Positions 19,141 through 27,440 of a DNA stretch of 51,484 bases are shown one piece after another. How positions within the stretch are numbered: the first letter of the stretch is position 1; every line of letters begins with the position of its first letter. The stretch is from a virus (Duplodnaviria > Caudoviricetes). The DNA is taken from IMG/VR virus record IMGVR_UViG_3300047409_000125, positions 1 through 51,484 of that record. The stretch is one strand, 5' to 3'. A program made the position numbers and the translations under genes. The notes below the pieces were generated by a model, which searched no databases, had not been told where the DNA came from, and saw nothing but the letters and a program-made list of their open reading frames with translations.

Positions 19141-19610
19141 CGCTTCATCAATTCCGCCAGATCAAATCCGGTCTTCATGCAATCGCTGACCGTGACGGTT
19201 TTGCTGGCGTCAAGTTCGGTGCACACCGCGTTGTAGACAATGGCATATTTGGCAATACGCAGCCTGCCATAAAGAAAATCCTCGCCTTTCTTCGTCACTC
19301 GCCACCAGCCTGCGCGACCACCATCTTCGCGTTCAACGCTTGCTTCCTCCAGCAATCCCCAGTAGGCCAGCTTGCCCTCTTCGTGCGACCGCAGCAATAG
19401 TGCCGGGATGTAGACCCATTCGAATTTTGACTGGTTGCCGCTCATGTAGATGCGCAACAGGGACTTGACCATTCCTGCATTGACCTTGCGACGATATCGT
19501 TTTGCAAACTGGCCGCAGCAGGGACAGGTCAACCCGTCGCCCAGCCGCGCACGCAACCGCGCTCTTGCATCACTTAGCGTTTCGGTACTTTCATCCCATG
19601 GCAATCTCAT
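19137..19610 (-). CDS. Zn-finger/winged-helix-like protein
   Basis: CPCCGQ...KLAYWGLLEE...GWWRVTKKGEDF. Confidence 0.65.
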   Translation of the reverse strand: MRLPWDESTETLSDARARLRARLGDGLTCPCCGQFAKRYRRKVNAGMVKSLLRIYMSGNQSKFEWVYIPALLLRSHEEGKLAYWGLLEEASVEREDGGRAGWWRVTKKGEDFLYGRLRIAKYAIVYNAVCTELDASKTVTVSDCMKTGFDLAELMKR

Positions 19611-19716
19611 TCCTCGTTCTCCTTACCATCACAGTGGCCCAAACAATACCATTGCCAGCAGCGCCAGTAATATGGCGGCGAATACCGCCGCCAGCATCAG
19701 CCATGCGTCCCTGCTG

Positions 19717-19860
19717 TCAATCATCCTCGTTCTCATCGTCCAGCAACGCCGTCAGTGCCATCTGCAATTTGGTGATGGCAGTGTCACGTTCCCTGCGCAG
19801 GACCGCCAGCAGGGCCGCTGCTATGACGCGGGCTATGTTGTCGCGAACTTCACTGTTCAT
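19717..19860 (-). CDS. Small hypothetical protein
   Basis: MNSEVRDNIARV..., ATGA-coupled. Confidence 0.45.
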   Translation of the reverse strand: MNSEVRDNIARVIAAALLAVLRRERDTAITKLQMALTALLDDENEDD

Positions 19861-20018
19861 TTTAAATACCGCCAATGTGTCGCCTTGAAATAAAACAGGC
19901 CGGGTGTGCCTTCGTCGGTATAGATACCTTTTTCCTCGCGCCGGAACATCCCTTCCTTGCCGGTGACCGGCTTCCACTCCGTTTCCGGAATGATTTTATC
20001 GCAGTATGGACATCGCAT
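19857..20018 (-). CDS. Small CxxC protein (MRCPYCDKII...), 53 aa
   Basis: Hand-translated; GGAG RBS; not in the ORF track. Confidence 0.5.
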   Translation of the reverse strand: MRCPYCDKIIPETEWKPVTGKEGMFRREEKGIYTDEGTPGLFYFKATHWRYLK

Positions 20019-20051
20019 GTAGGGTTCTCCAGCTAAAAATATTTGGGCTAA

Positions 20052-20263
20052 GTATACCTGTATACTAAAATTCTACAAGGGGTGTAATTCTATAGCCTGT
20101 CCGGCCCCGGCCTTGGCTTAACCGGTACCTGAACACGGTTGCACCACCTCTGAGCGCAAACCCGGTACCTTGCTGGCATCTGGTATACTGTATACCAGAT
20201 ACCAGATGCCACCGCCGTGGTATACAGTATACCAGATGCCAAGGCTGCTGGTATACTGTATAC
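20052..20263. repeat. GTATAC-doublet cluster A
   Basis: GTATAC[W]GTATAC at 20183, 20220 and 20251; 8-nt-spaced pair at 20052/20060; CCAGATGCC flanks. Confidence 0.85.
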
Positions 20264-20293
20264 AACACACCACATGCCAGAGCCGCGAATGGA

Positions 20294-20318
20294 CCGGATC
20301 GGGACTATCCCGATCCGG
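20294..20318. terminator. Perfect 11-bp hairpin after the leftward ORFs
   Basis: ccggatcggga-cta-tcccgatccgg; no clear U-tract. Confidence 0.45.
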
Positions 20319-20327
20319 CCTTAATCG

Positions 20328-20489
20328 TTAGTGGAGCAAGCGACCGTGGGTCAGCTTGTCGATTGTGACATAGATCACTAATACCAGTGGCGCAATGCAA
20401 ATCACCTTGGCGACGTGACTTGCAGCGCGCTCGCCGAATGCTAGTCCGATCAGGGCCAGCAACCCGGCGACCGTCAAGATTGAATGCAT
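20328..20489 (-). CDS. Small two-TM membrane protein
   Basis: MHSILTVAGLLALIGLAFG...LVLVIYV. Confidence 0.5.
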   Translation of the reverse strand: MHSILTVAGLLALIGLAFGERAASHVAKVICIAPLVLVIYVTIDKLTHGRLLH

Positions 20490-20500
20490 CAGTGACCGCC

Positions 20501-20824
20501 CTAGCGCGTTTTGCGACCGGTTAGATTGCAGCTGACCGCGACAGACTTGTAGCACCACTGGTCCCTGAAAACCTCTTCGCCAAAGTGAAGCTTGAGGAGA
20601 TCAGTAGCGGGCCGATCAGAAGTAACAGACTTGATGACCGCCGTGTGCTCCGTTCCGTTTATTCGTTTGGTTCCGGTTTTTTCATCGCAGGGAACGTCAG
20701 CTGCTTTGAGATAATCCTTAATCTGTTCCATCCTGTCTTCAAGTGGTGCAACCTGTGCTTTGAGTTGTGCCAACTCATCTACGAGAGCAGCTAACGCGAT
20801 TGCTGCAATTGGTTCATGTTTCAT
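20501..20824 (-). CDS. Hypothetical coiled-coil protein
   Basis: AGGAG RBS; LVDELAQLKAQVAPLEDRMEQIK. Confidence 0.65.
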   Translation of the reverse strand: MKHEPIAAIALAALVDELAQLKAQVAPLEDRMEQIKDYLKAADVPCDEKTGTKRINGTEHTAVIKSVTSDRPATDLLKLHFGEEVFRDQWCYKSVAVSCNLTGRKTR

Positions 20825-20892
20825 ATCGTTCAGTCTCCTATGTGATGTGGGATAATCCCACAACCTCATAGCGTATACAGTGGGGGCAACCA

Positions 20893-21324
20893 ATGTCCAG
20901 TGAATTAACCGTCTTTCACGCGGCGCGCACTGAGTTACAGCAAATCCTCGATGCTGGCGCAAAGGCACTAAAACAGCCCGGCCTCGAACTAATGCCAATC
21001 AAACGTGAAATGCTCGCACTTCCTACAGATGCAGCTGATTTAGTCCTAGATGCCTGCAATCTCCTGTTCGCCGCATGCCTGTCCTACGAGGGCGCTCAAT
21101 GGACAATCGACCGGGCATCCGATCCGATTCAACTTGTCCAATCCCGCATCGAACAGGGACGCGCGCTAGGCGTGGTCGAAAGCTTATTCTACGGTCCCAC
21201 ATTCGCACTCATCCTAGCCGCCCGCGACCGTGCGCCAATCGCATTCTACGCACTAGCCAAGTCATCGCCCGCCCTGCGCATAATTGACCGCGTTACCCAC
21301 AAGCTGACCGGGCGTCCCACCTAA
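20893..21324 (+). CDS. Hypothetical protein
   Basis: 143-aa ORF, GGGGG upstream. Confidence 0.5.
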   Translation: MSSELTVFHAARTELQQILDAGAKALKQPGLELMPIKREMLALPTDAADLVLDACNLLFAACLSYEGAQWTIDRASDPIQLVQSRIEQGRALGVVESLFYGPTFALILAARDRAPIAFYALAKSSPALRIIDRVTHKLTGRPT

Positions 21325-21990
21325 ACCCCACATCAAAACAGGGCTTTATCTTATGTGTTGTGGGGTTGGTGGGGTGGTGGGGATTGTATACGTAAGCTGT
21401 TGATATCGTTTAAACCCTTGTAAAACTACAGCATTCCGACACCTTGACCACACGGCCAGCTAGGATTTTATCCCTATTGCCTACATAAAACATACACACA
21501 TCAAGAGAAACGGCCTTTTTGACGTAGGGAAAATTAAAATAATCCAATAATTTCATAGACCGGTCATTTCAACCCTACCCGACAGGCACCCCTTGTAGGA
21601 CAGCTGTCGGACGAACTTGTCGGGTTGAAAGTCATCTGATAATCCGAAACAGCTAACATCACACATGCTAAGTCATTGATACTACTCATTAAACAATCCC
21701 ACACGGCCAGGTCGCCCTTACCACTAACCTATTGATATTGCTCAATAATCTATGACACTGAAGCGATATCGCTTGTGTGACGTTTACATCAGGTTGTAGT
21801 GGGATATCCCTACACCTGAGAACAAAAGGCGAAAACGCCACTGGTGCGTTATTTTGCCAAAACCGTATACAGACAGCCCGCATCTGTATGGCTATCCCAC
21901 AGCCCGCTAATTCAATCCTGTGCACGGTACCGTGTAACAATCCGTGATTTGCGATAACGCTATCATTTATGCTTTGATCGGTTGTTTCGT
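21325..21990. other. Longest non-coding, AT-richer region; candidate genome-end/early-promoter zone
   Basis: No credible ORF; three TAANNNNTTGATA motifs and several hairpins. Confidence 0.5.
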
Positions 21991-22014
21991 CACTCTCACT
22001 GGAGATTGTCTGCC

Positions 22015-22206
22015 ATGGTCATCCAAACTTCTTGCGGTCACTTCTATTCGGTCATCGATACCTTCGACGCTAACCTGTCTCACGTCTGGTATGGTCTGCC
22101 GGTCAAGAAGGTAAAAGGCGTTTGGCTTCACAAGACTTCGAAAAAAGGCGTCAAGATCGAGCTGGTCCGAAAGGAGGCAACCCGATTGATCGAAGCCACG
22201 CCATAG
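22015..22206 (+). CDS. Small early protein
   Basis: GGAG RBS; MVIQTSCGHFY... Confidence 0.6.
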   Translation: MVIQTSCGHFYSVIDTFDANLSHVWYGLPVKKVKGVWLHKTSKKGVKIELVRKEATRLIEATP

Positions 22207-22216
22207 CGCAATCAAC

Positions 22217-22284
22217 ATGGTCTTATGCCCGGCAGCTGAAAAGCTTACCGGGCATAAGGCATCAGGGAATGGTCCCTATGGAGG
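22217..22284 (+). repeat. Structured intergenic repeat, copy 1
   Basis: cttatgcccgg-c-agct-GAAA-agct-ta-ccgggcataag + GGGA-ATGG-TCCC + GGAGG. Confidence 0.9.
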
Positions 22285-22291
22285 TTTCAAG

Positions 22292-22570
22292 ATGCTTGAT
22301 CGCCACTATACTTTTTTCAGCGACATGGGCCATGGTTGGCTGCGCGTCACCATTGATGACTGCAAAGCTATTGGCCTGAGCAAATCCGACTTTAGCTGGT
22401 ACAGCTATGCCGATAAGGATTGGCTGTATCTTGAAGAGGATTGCGATGCTGCAAAGTTCATTGCGGCATACGTCAGAACGGTTGGCGAGATGCCGATTAT
22501 CCATGACGTTCACACCAATGGAAACAGCGTGATCCGATCCAAGGCACGCGTTGTGCAACGGAGGGCTTGA
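22292..22570 (+). CDS. Small early protein (DxGHGWLxV...LYLEEDCD type)
   Basis: GGAGG RBS from repeat 1. Confidence 0.75.
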   Translation: MLDRHYTFFSDMGHGWLRVTIDDCKAIGLSKSDFSWYSYADKDWLYLEEDCDAAKFIAAYVRTVGEMPIIHDVHTNGNSVIRSKARVVQRRA

Positions 22571-22573
22571 ACC

Positions 22574-22780
22574 ATGGCAACTTGGCATCAACAGCGAAGC
22601 CCGGTCAGATTGTACAGCGCAACGCATTGGGTTGTTGTGATCGATCCACCAAACGAATGCCGCAACTGCTATCTGGCAAGCACGCAAGAGGCTGCGGAAC
22701 GCTACCTAGAAAATCTCGCACTCAATCAACCGCGATTGGCTAAACATTCCTACATTCTCAGACCGACAGGGAAAAAGTAA
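22574..22780 (+). CDS. Small early protein
   Basis: GGAGG RBS, 68 aa. Confidence 0.65.
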   Translation: MATWHQQRSPVRLYSATHWVVVIDPPNECRNCYLASTQEAAERYLENLALNQPRLAKHSYILRPTGKK

Positions 22781-22781
22781 G

Positions 22782-22973
22782 ATGCAAATTTCATCCGCCA
22801 CAAAAGAAGAACTTGGATTGCTCATCAGCGGATTGCGAGCGATCTATATTCACAGTCAGGAACCATTGCGCCGCAAGCTTGCGGCTCAACTCGAAACCGA
22901 ATTGACAACGCGGTTTGGCTTGCGAGTTGGTGGTGATGACAATCAAGAGAGGAATATGGCCGATGACCGATAA
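22782..22973 (+). CDS. Small early protein
   Basis: Coupled, 63 aa. Confidence 0.55.
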   Translation: MQISSATKEELGLLISGLRAIYIHSQEPLRRKLAAQLETELTTRFGLRVGGDDNQERNMADDR

Positions 22974-23229
22974 AATCACCTATGGCGCTGGTGGTACCAC
23001 ATTCACCGGTCCGTTAGGCGTTGACGTATTTCAGGCTGCTGCATTGCGGTCCGGTCTAGGCTTGATGGCAGTCGGCATCAAGCCGCACCGGTCTTGGACA
23101 AGCCTGAAATTGGCACTGGACAAGGCAACATCCTACACCGGGCAAAAATATTCCGGCAAAAAGGACATTGAGCGAGCGCGGGCTGACCTGCAAACATTCG
23201 TTCAGGAATTGAAAGCCCAACTCGATTAG
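22963..23229 (+). CDS. Small early protein
   Basis: MTDKITYGAGG...GIKPHRSW. Confidence 0.65.
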   Translation: MTDKITYGAGGTTFTGPLGVDVFQAAALRSGLGLMAVGIKPHRSWTSLKLALDKATSYTGQKYSGKKDIERARADLQTFVQELKAQLD

Positions 23230-23240
23230 CACAATCAAAA

Positions 23241-23299
23241 TTGCGCTTATGCCCGGCAGCGAAAGCTTACCGGGCATGAGGCATTGGGAAATGGTTCCC
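23241..23299 (+). repeat. Structured intergenic repeat, copy 2
   Basis: cttatgcccggcagcgaaagcttaccgggcatgag + GGGAA-ATGG-TTCCC. Confidence 0.9.
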
Positions 23300-23318
23300 G
23301 ATCAGGATTGGACGCATC

Positions 23319-23546
23319 ATGAATGGACGAGACGTTAGAAGCATGACGAAAACACCAGAACTGCAACGCAGGCACTTTTGTTTCATTGCCAAGGTGCTGG
23401 CCGAAAGCAAACCCGAACCGCATTGGGACGCAAACAAGCTTGCCCAATGGCAATCGGTCGTTAACTCATTCATCGCGGCATGCCGCCGATCCAATGGCCG
23501 ATTTGACGCTGACCGGTTCCTTGAGGCATGCAGCCATGGCCGATGA
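23319..23546 (+). CDS. Small early protein (RRHF..IA...FDADRFLEAC type)
   Basis: 75-aa ORF after repeat 2. Confidence 0.65.
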   Translation: MNGRDVRSMTKTPELQRRHFCFIAKVLAESKPEPHWDANKLAQWQSVVNSFIAACRRSNGRFDADRFLEACSHGR

Positions 23547-23631
23547 TCCGGTCAGCGATTGGCTAGCATTGGCAACGCTGACCTTGTTCATTGCCTCAAT
23601 GGGCTTTGGCATTGCCTGCATTCTGAGTTGA
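23536..23631 (+). CDS. 31-aa membrane peptide
   Basis: MADDPVSDWLALATLTLFIASMGFGIACILS; GAGG RBS. Confidence 0.4.
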   Translation: MADDPVSDWLALATLTLFIASMGFGIACILS

Positions 23632-23664
23632 CAGGTAAAGCCCGATAGTGATAACGCTATCGGG
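23628..23664 (+). promoter_or_regulatory. Sigma70-type promoter overlapped by palindrome cccgatag-N8-ctatcggg
   Basis: TTGACAGGTAA...CGATAGTG, nearly identical to the promoter at 31335. Confidence 0.55.
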
Positions 23665-23685
23665 CTTTAACCTTTGGAGGTCAAA

Positions 23686-24615
23686 ATGGCTGATTTGAAC
23701 GATTCCCTGTCTAACCTGTTCGACGGTGATACCGGTCCGGTTCGCGTTGAGCCGATCCGCACCAATGCCGTTGAATACAAGCCTGCAACCGCTCGATTTG
23801 AAGAGGGCTGCGACAAGTGCAAAGGTACTGGCAATTTTACCAGCTGGTCCGGTCGCGTTGTCGGACAATGCTTTGCCTGCAAGGGCGCGGGAAAAAAGGT
23901 TTTCAAAACTTCGCCAATGACGCGGGAACAAAATCGCGAGCGGTCCGCAGAACGTAAGGCTGCGAATGCCGGTCAAAGCATGGTCGATTTTGCTGCTGCA
24001 CATCCCGATGTGCACGAATGGCTCAAGGCTGAAACCGCCAAGGCTGCACCATTCGCGTTTGCGGTCAGCATGGTTGAAGCAATCTGCAAGTATGGCGACT
24101 TAACCGATAAGCAATTGGCGACCTGTTACCGATTGGCTGCCAAAGCCAAGGAACGTATCGCCCAACGCGCTACGGCGGTCACCAGTGCCCCTAGCGTTGA
24201 TGTAAGCGCCATTGAGACAGCCTTTGCAAACGCTCGCTCCAAGGCTGCCAGACCGGGCCAGATGGGTATCATGGTTAAGCCGCTCAAGCTTGCTGCCGGT
24301 CCGTCAAAGGAAGATATCGCTTTCAAGGTATCTCCCGGTTCAATCGGCAGCCAATGGGAAGGACAGGTTTTCTTCAAGTCAATCGATGGGGACCGTAAAC
24401 TTGGTTATGTGAAAGACGGTCGCTTTGTTCGGCAGTTCGCTTGCACAGATGCAGAAGCGCAAGCGGTAGTGACTGTTGCGAGCAATCCCAAGGAAGGCTT
24501 GATTGCCTATGCCAAGGCTTGGAGCAAGTGCGGCGTATGTGGCCGTGGTTTGCTCAATGACGAAAGCATCGAGCGCGGGATCGGTCCCATCTGTTTTGCA
24601 AAACTTGGGTTCTAG
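23686..24615 (+). CDS. DUF6011-like protein with an N-terminal CxxCxGxG zinc finger
   Basis: CDKCKGTG...CFACKGAG; C-terminal CGVCGRGLLNDESIERGIGPIC. Confidence 0.75.
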   Translation: MADLNDSLSNLFDGDTGPVRVEPIRTNAVEYKPATARFEEGCDKCKGTGNFTSWSGRVVGQCFACKGAGKKVFKTSPMTREQNRERSAERKAANAGQSMVDFAAAHPDVHEWLKAETAKAAPFAFAVSMVEAICKYGDLTDKQLATCYRLAAKAKERIAQRATAVTSAPSVDVSAIETAFANARSKAARPGQMGIMVKPLKLAAGPSKEDIAFKVSPGSIGSQWEGQVFFKSIDGDRKLGYVKDGRFVRQFACTDAEAQAVVTVASNPKEGLIAYAKAWSKCGVCGRGLLNDESIERGIGPICFAKLGF

Positions 24616-24624
24616 ATTTTCGAC

Positions 24625-24689
24625 ATTGGTTCAAGCCCGGCAGCGAAAGCTTACCGGGCTTGGGGCAATAGGGAATAGTCCCTTGGAGG
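24625..24689 (+). repeat. Structured intergenic repeat, copy 3
   Basis: ttcaagcccggcagcgaaagcttaccgggcttggg + GGGA-ATAG-TCCC + GGAGG. Confidence 0.9.
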
Positions 24690-24697
24690 TTTGAACA

Positions 24698-24877
24698 ATG
24701 GCTGTCACGCGCAAAATTACTTTCGAATATCGTCCCAACGCTGGCATGGGAGCCAAGCCCTATCATTGCGTGAAAATCATCAACAGTACCGAATACAAGC
24801 CCGGTGAATGGTTTGACGCAGAGACCGTTGAAAACCTGTGCCGATCCAATCATTGGGACGTGACGATAACGACCTAG
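24698..24877 (+). CDS. Small early protein, 59 aa (MAVTRKITFEYRPN...)
   Basis: Hand-translated; fills exactly the space between repeats 3 and 4. Confidence 0.7.
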   Translation: MAVTRKITFEYRPNAGMGAKPYHCVKIINSTEYKPGEWFDAETVENLCRSNHWDVTITT

Positions 24878-24883
24878 CCAAAT

Positions 24884-24952
24884 CACATCGCGTTCAAGCC
24901 CGGCAGCGAAAGCTTACCGGGCTTGGAGCAATAGGGAATGGTCCCTTGGAGG
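24884..24952 (+). repeat. Structured intergenic repeat, copy 4
   Basis: Same core + GGGA-ATGG-TCCC + GGAGG. Confidence 0.9.
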
Positions 24953-24960
24953 TTAAAGCA

Positions 24961-25209
24961 ATGCCAAAGAAAACTTACTTTCGCGGAACGTTGACGCTGG
25001 TCATCGATGACAGCAACAGCGACACCCCCGCAATGGTCTATGCCCGGCGAGAAAAATTCGCATCAACGTATGACTGCGCCACTAGCGAAGGAATGGTTGA
25101 TGACGAACATCAACTATCAGAGGCTGATCTTGAATGGTTGGAAAGTCACCGTGACAAGGTGGAACGTGCTTTCGAAATTGCCCGAAAGGACCATCCCGAA
25201 TATTCCTGA
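24961..25209 (+). CDS. Small acidic early protein (MPKKTYFRG...)
   Basis: Between repeats 4 and 5, with RBS. Confidence 0.7.
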   Translation: MPKKTYFRGTLTLVIDDSNSDTPAMVYARREKFASTYDCATSEGMVDDEHQLSEADLEWLESHRDKVERAFEIARKDHPEYS

Positions 25210-25215
25210 TCCAGT

Positions 25216-25270
25216 CACATCGCGTTCAAGCCCGGCAGCGAAAGCTTACCGGGCTTGGGGCAATAGGAGG
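25216..25270 (+). repeat. Structured intergenic repeat, copy 5 (lacks the second hairpin)
   Basis: 44 nt identical to copy 4, then directly AGGAGG. Confidence 0.9.
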
Positions 25271-25272
25271 AA

Positions 25273-25485
25273 ATGCAAATGAGCATCGAAAGCAAGCTTT
25301 GGAAAGTGGTTTCCTATGGGATGCAGATTGCAGTGCTGCAAAAAGCATCTGGGATGCAGCGTTTCGTAACAATCGGAAAATTTCCGAATAGCGAAGCACT
25401 GGCAGCAATGAGCGAGCGACAATTTGACCGGTTATGCCGTGAAACGTTTCATGACGAACCAAAACAGCGAAAGGGAATATGCTAA
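25273..25485 (+). CDS. Small early protein
   Basis: RBS from repeat 5. Confidence 0.6.
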   Translation: MQMSIESKLWKVVSYGMQIAVLQKASGMQRFVTIGKFPNSEALAAMSERQFDRLCRETFHDEPKQRKGIC

Positions 25486-25892
25486 TGGATACCTTACGAG
25501 CGATCAAAAAACGGGATGCTGCAATCGGTCGATTGCGTGACCTGTATAGCAGCGCGGAAAGTTTTGGCTTCACGTCCGCGACAATCAATGAGCGGTTCAG
25601 CGCAATCAATGCTGACCTGTACAAATGCCCATCATGGGTTCGGGAATATGTCGGCGGTTATCGCCGATGCCTTGATGACATGCTCTATCGCTACAAGCTT
25701 GTGCACGGCGGTTTTTATGCGGAAAAATTTTATTCGACGCATTCAAACCGATATGACTACTACGGCAGCAATGGAATTGATGCTGTCGATTATGCCGACA
25801 ATGGCCGCGTTACATTGCGCGGCCACTACTGGATCAAGCACGTTGACAAGGGCAACCCGAAACCGTTTTTTACAATGGAGAACGACCGATGA
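25479..25892 (+). CDS. Hypothetical early protein
   Basis: 137 aa, coupled. Confidence 0.65.
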   Translation: MLMDTLRAIKKRDAAIGRLRDLYSSAESFGFTSATINERFSAINADLYKCPSWVREYVGGYRRCLDDMLYRYKLVHGGFYAEKFYSTHSNRYDYYGSNGIDAVDYADNGRVTLRGHYWIKHVDKGNPKPFFTMENDR

Positions 25893-26302
25893 AACAGCGA
25901 CCGGAAATTATGCTTTGGCTTGACGACCATCGCGGGCAATATATCCCGCGCGACTTTGCGCAATCGTTCGTTGACCGCGCTAGCGCGGTCACAGGCGTAT
26001 CTGACGACCAATGGGCGATCTTAGAAGCTGGTCCAGTTGGCGGATTAGACAGCGAAGGCGATGGCAGCGAATACTATTGGGAAGTGTGGCAAGAGGTTTG
26101 CGACTACGCCATAGTGACAGACGAGCACGGCAACAAATATCGCATTCATCAGGATGGCGCTTGCTGGCTGATCCCTGATGGAATGGAATGGTCCGATCAA
26201 GATGATTGGTTCAGATGGCCCGATGACAGCGATCCCGAATACGAGCACGAGGACAAGCTTGATCCGCCGGGATGGGAAGGCGGGTTTGCCGATAACCATT
26301 GA
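25889..26302 (+). CDS. Acidic Trp-rich early protein
   Basis: DDHRGQYIPRDFA...YWEVWQEV; ATGA overlap. Confidence 0.7.
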   Translation: MKQRPEIMLWLDDHRGQYIPRDFAQSFVDRASAVTGVSDDQWAILEAGPVGGLDSEGDGSEYYWEVWQEVCDYAIVTDEHGNKYRIHQDGACWLIPDGMEWSDQDDWFRWPDDSDPEYEHEDKLDPPGWEGGFADNH

Positions 26303-26307
26303 AACCC

Positions 26308-26336
26308 AAAGCCCGGCATTGCTGCCGGGCTTTTTT
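26308..26336 (+). terminator. Rho-independent terminator closing the early array
   Basis: aaaGCCCGGCA-ttgc-TGCCGGGC-TTTTTT. Confidence 0.85.
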
Positions 26337-26522
26337 CATGCCCTAGCGCGGCTCACTGGTGCGTTATTCCGAACAGCCCGCTAGGTGGATGCCCGGACAG
26401 TGTAAGGCCATTCACCGGGCTTCTAATCGAACAATGACACTAATCGACCTGGACGATTGCGCTATCGTAAAGCTTGAACCTTTCGCTGGGATGTGGTGAC
26501 CAATAGACAGGAAGGAATGATA

Positions 26523-26708
26523 ATGCAGGAACGTGACATCCTATTCGAGCGCGGTCCTTACTGGATCAAGGCTGCCGATACCTTCGTAGGCTTTGAAGTG
26601 TATCGTACGATACAAATCCATAGCGTGCGCGTTGCGTCGATTGGCTGGACCGGAACCGCCGGGCTGGATCGGGCAAAGGCGGAGATAGAGCGCCGCATTG
26701 CACAATAA
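26523..26708 (+). CDS. Small hypothetical protein
   Basis: AAGGA RBS; MQERDILFERGPYW. Confidence 0.6.
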   Translation: MQERDILFERGPYWIKAADTFVGFEVYRTIQIHSVRVASIGWTGTAGLDRAKAEIERRIAQ

Positions 26709-26727
26709 CGAGTGCGGCGCAGCATGA

Positions 26728-26783
26728 TGCTGGTATACAGTATACTGTATACCACCAGCGGTGGCATCTGGTATACAGTATAC
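26728..26783. repeat. GTATAC cluster B (triplet + doublet)
   Basis: GTATAC at 26733, 26740, 26747, 26771 and 26778. Confidence 0.85.
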
Positions 26784-26841
26784 AAAATGCCAGCCGGGTG
26801 CGCGGCGGATCGCCCCGCGCCGCCGGGCCGGGAGTGGAGCG

Positions 26842-27002
26842 GAAAAAGCATGCTTTTTTATACAGGCGAAAAAAGCATGCTTTTTTCCTGCCCCATGGGC
26901 CAATAGCCGGGCGAGAAAAAGCATGCTTTTTATACAGGCGAAAAAAGCATGCTTTTTTGATTGCGCTATCGCTATTGGCGTGCAATAAAAAGCATGCTTT
27001 TT
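26842..27002. repeat. Five AAAAAGCATGCTTTTT palindromes; candidate origin/operator array
   Basis: GCATGC cores at 26848, 26875, 26921, 26947 and 26992. Confidence 0.85.
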
Positions 27003-27018
27003 ACTCAGGGAGGTTCCA

Positions 27019-27216
27019 ATGCCTACATACTATGACGACAACTACGGCTTCTGGCACGGCATGGATGACCCGGACAAGGTGGCGTTCTACCATGAGGTAC
27101 AGCGCAACAGCGTCCGCAAGAAGTGCGAGCGTTGCAATCGCATGGTCAAGATCAGGCGCGACTACGCCATCTGCAATGCGTGCGCGGAGGAGATGGAACG
27201 TGGGGGAGACTGGTGA
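27019..27216 (+). CDS. Small zinc-finger protein
   Basis: GGAGG RBS; CERC...CNAC. Confidence 0.65.
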   Translation: MPTYYDDNYGFWHGMDDPDKVAFYHEVQRNSVRKKCERCNRMVKIRRDYAICNACAEEMERGGDW

Positions 27217-27392
27217 TGGCAGACGTTTCATTTTGCCCATGCGGCAGCGGATATCGCGCAGAGCCGCAGTTCGATGGCTATGCCATCTTCCTGTGCTACA
27301 CCTGCCCGCGCTGTCATGAAAAAAGCATGCTTAGATACCGTCGCGACATTCACGAACGGTATGAATGCGACGAACCGATTGACGAAGAATAG
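27216..27392 (+). CDS. Small CPCGSG/CxxC protein
   Basis: TGATG coupling; CPCGSG...CPRC. Confidence 0.6.
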   Translation: MADVSFCPCGSGYRAEPQFDGYAIFLCYTCPRCHEKSMLRYRRDIHERYECDEPIDEE

Positions 27393-27440
27393 CGGAGTGC
27401 TAATGTCCGCTATCGTACATTTCCTCCGAAAGCCATCATC

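Noticed and set aside
20065-20275. ORFs with YTVYQ repeats; possible TIGR-like array
   Set aside because: Artefacts of GTATAC repeats; spacing is irregular and no Nop-domain protein was seen
24631-24660. CAAGCCCGG resembling a twister ribozyme; GCGAAAGC resembling an N4-type hairpin promoter
   Set aside because: Other twister elements are absent; no virion RNA polymerase was recognised, and G-U pairing favours RNA
22217-25270. Repeats as a CRISPR array, integron attC sites or IS200/REP ends
   Set aside because: The spacers are whole genes; no cas, tyrosine recombinase or HUH transposase is present; no RYYYAAC/GTTRRRY ends; TTAC/TCAA tetramers are likely chance
26541-27319. ORFs with KKHAF/KKACF repeats
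   Set aside because: These are translations of the DNA palindrome array
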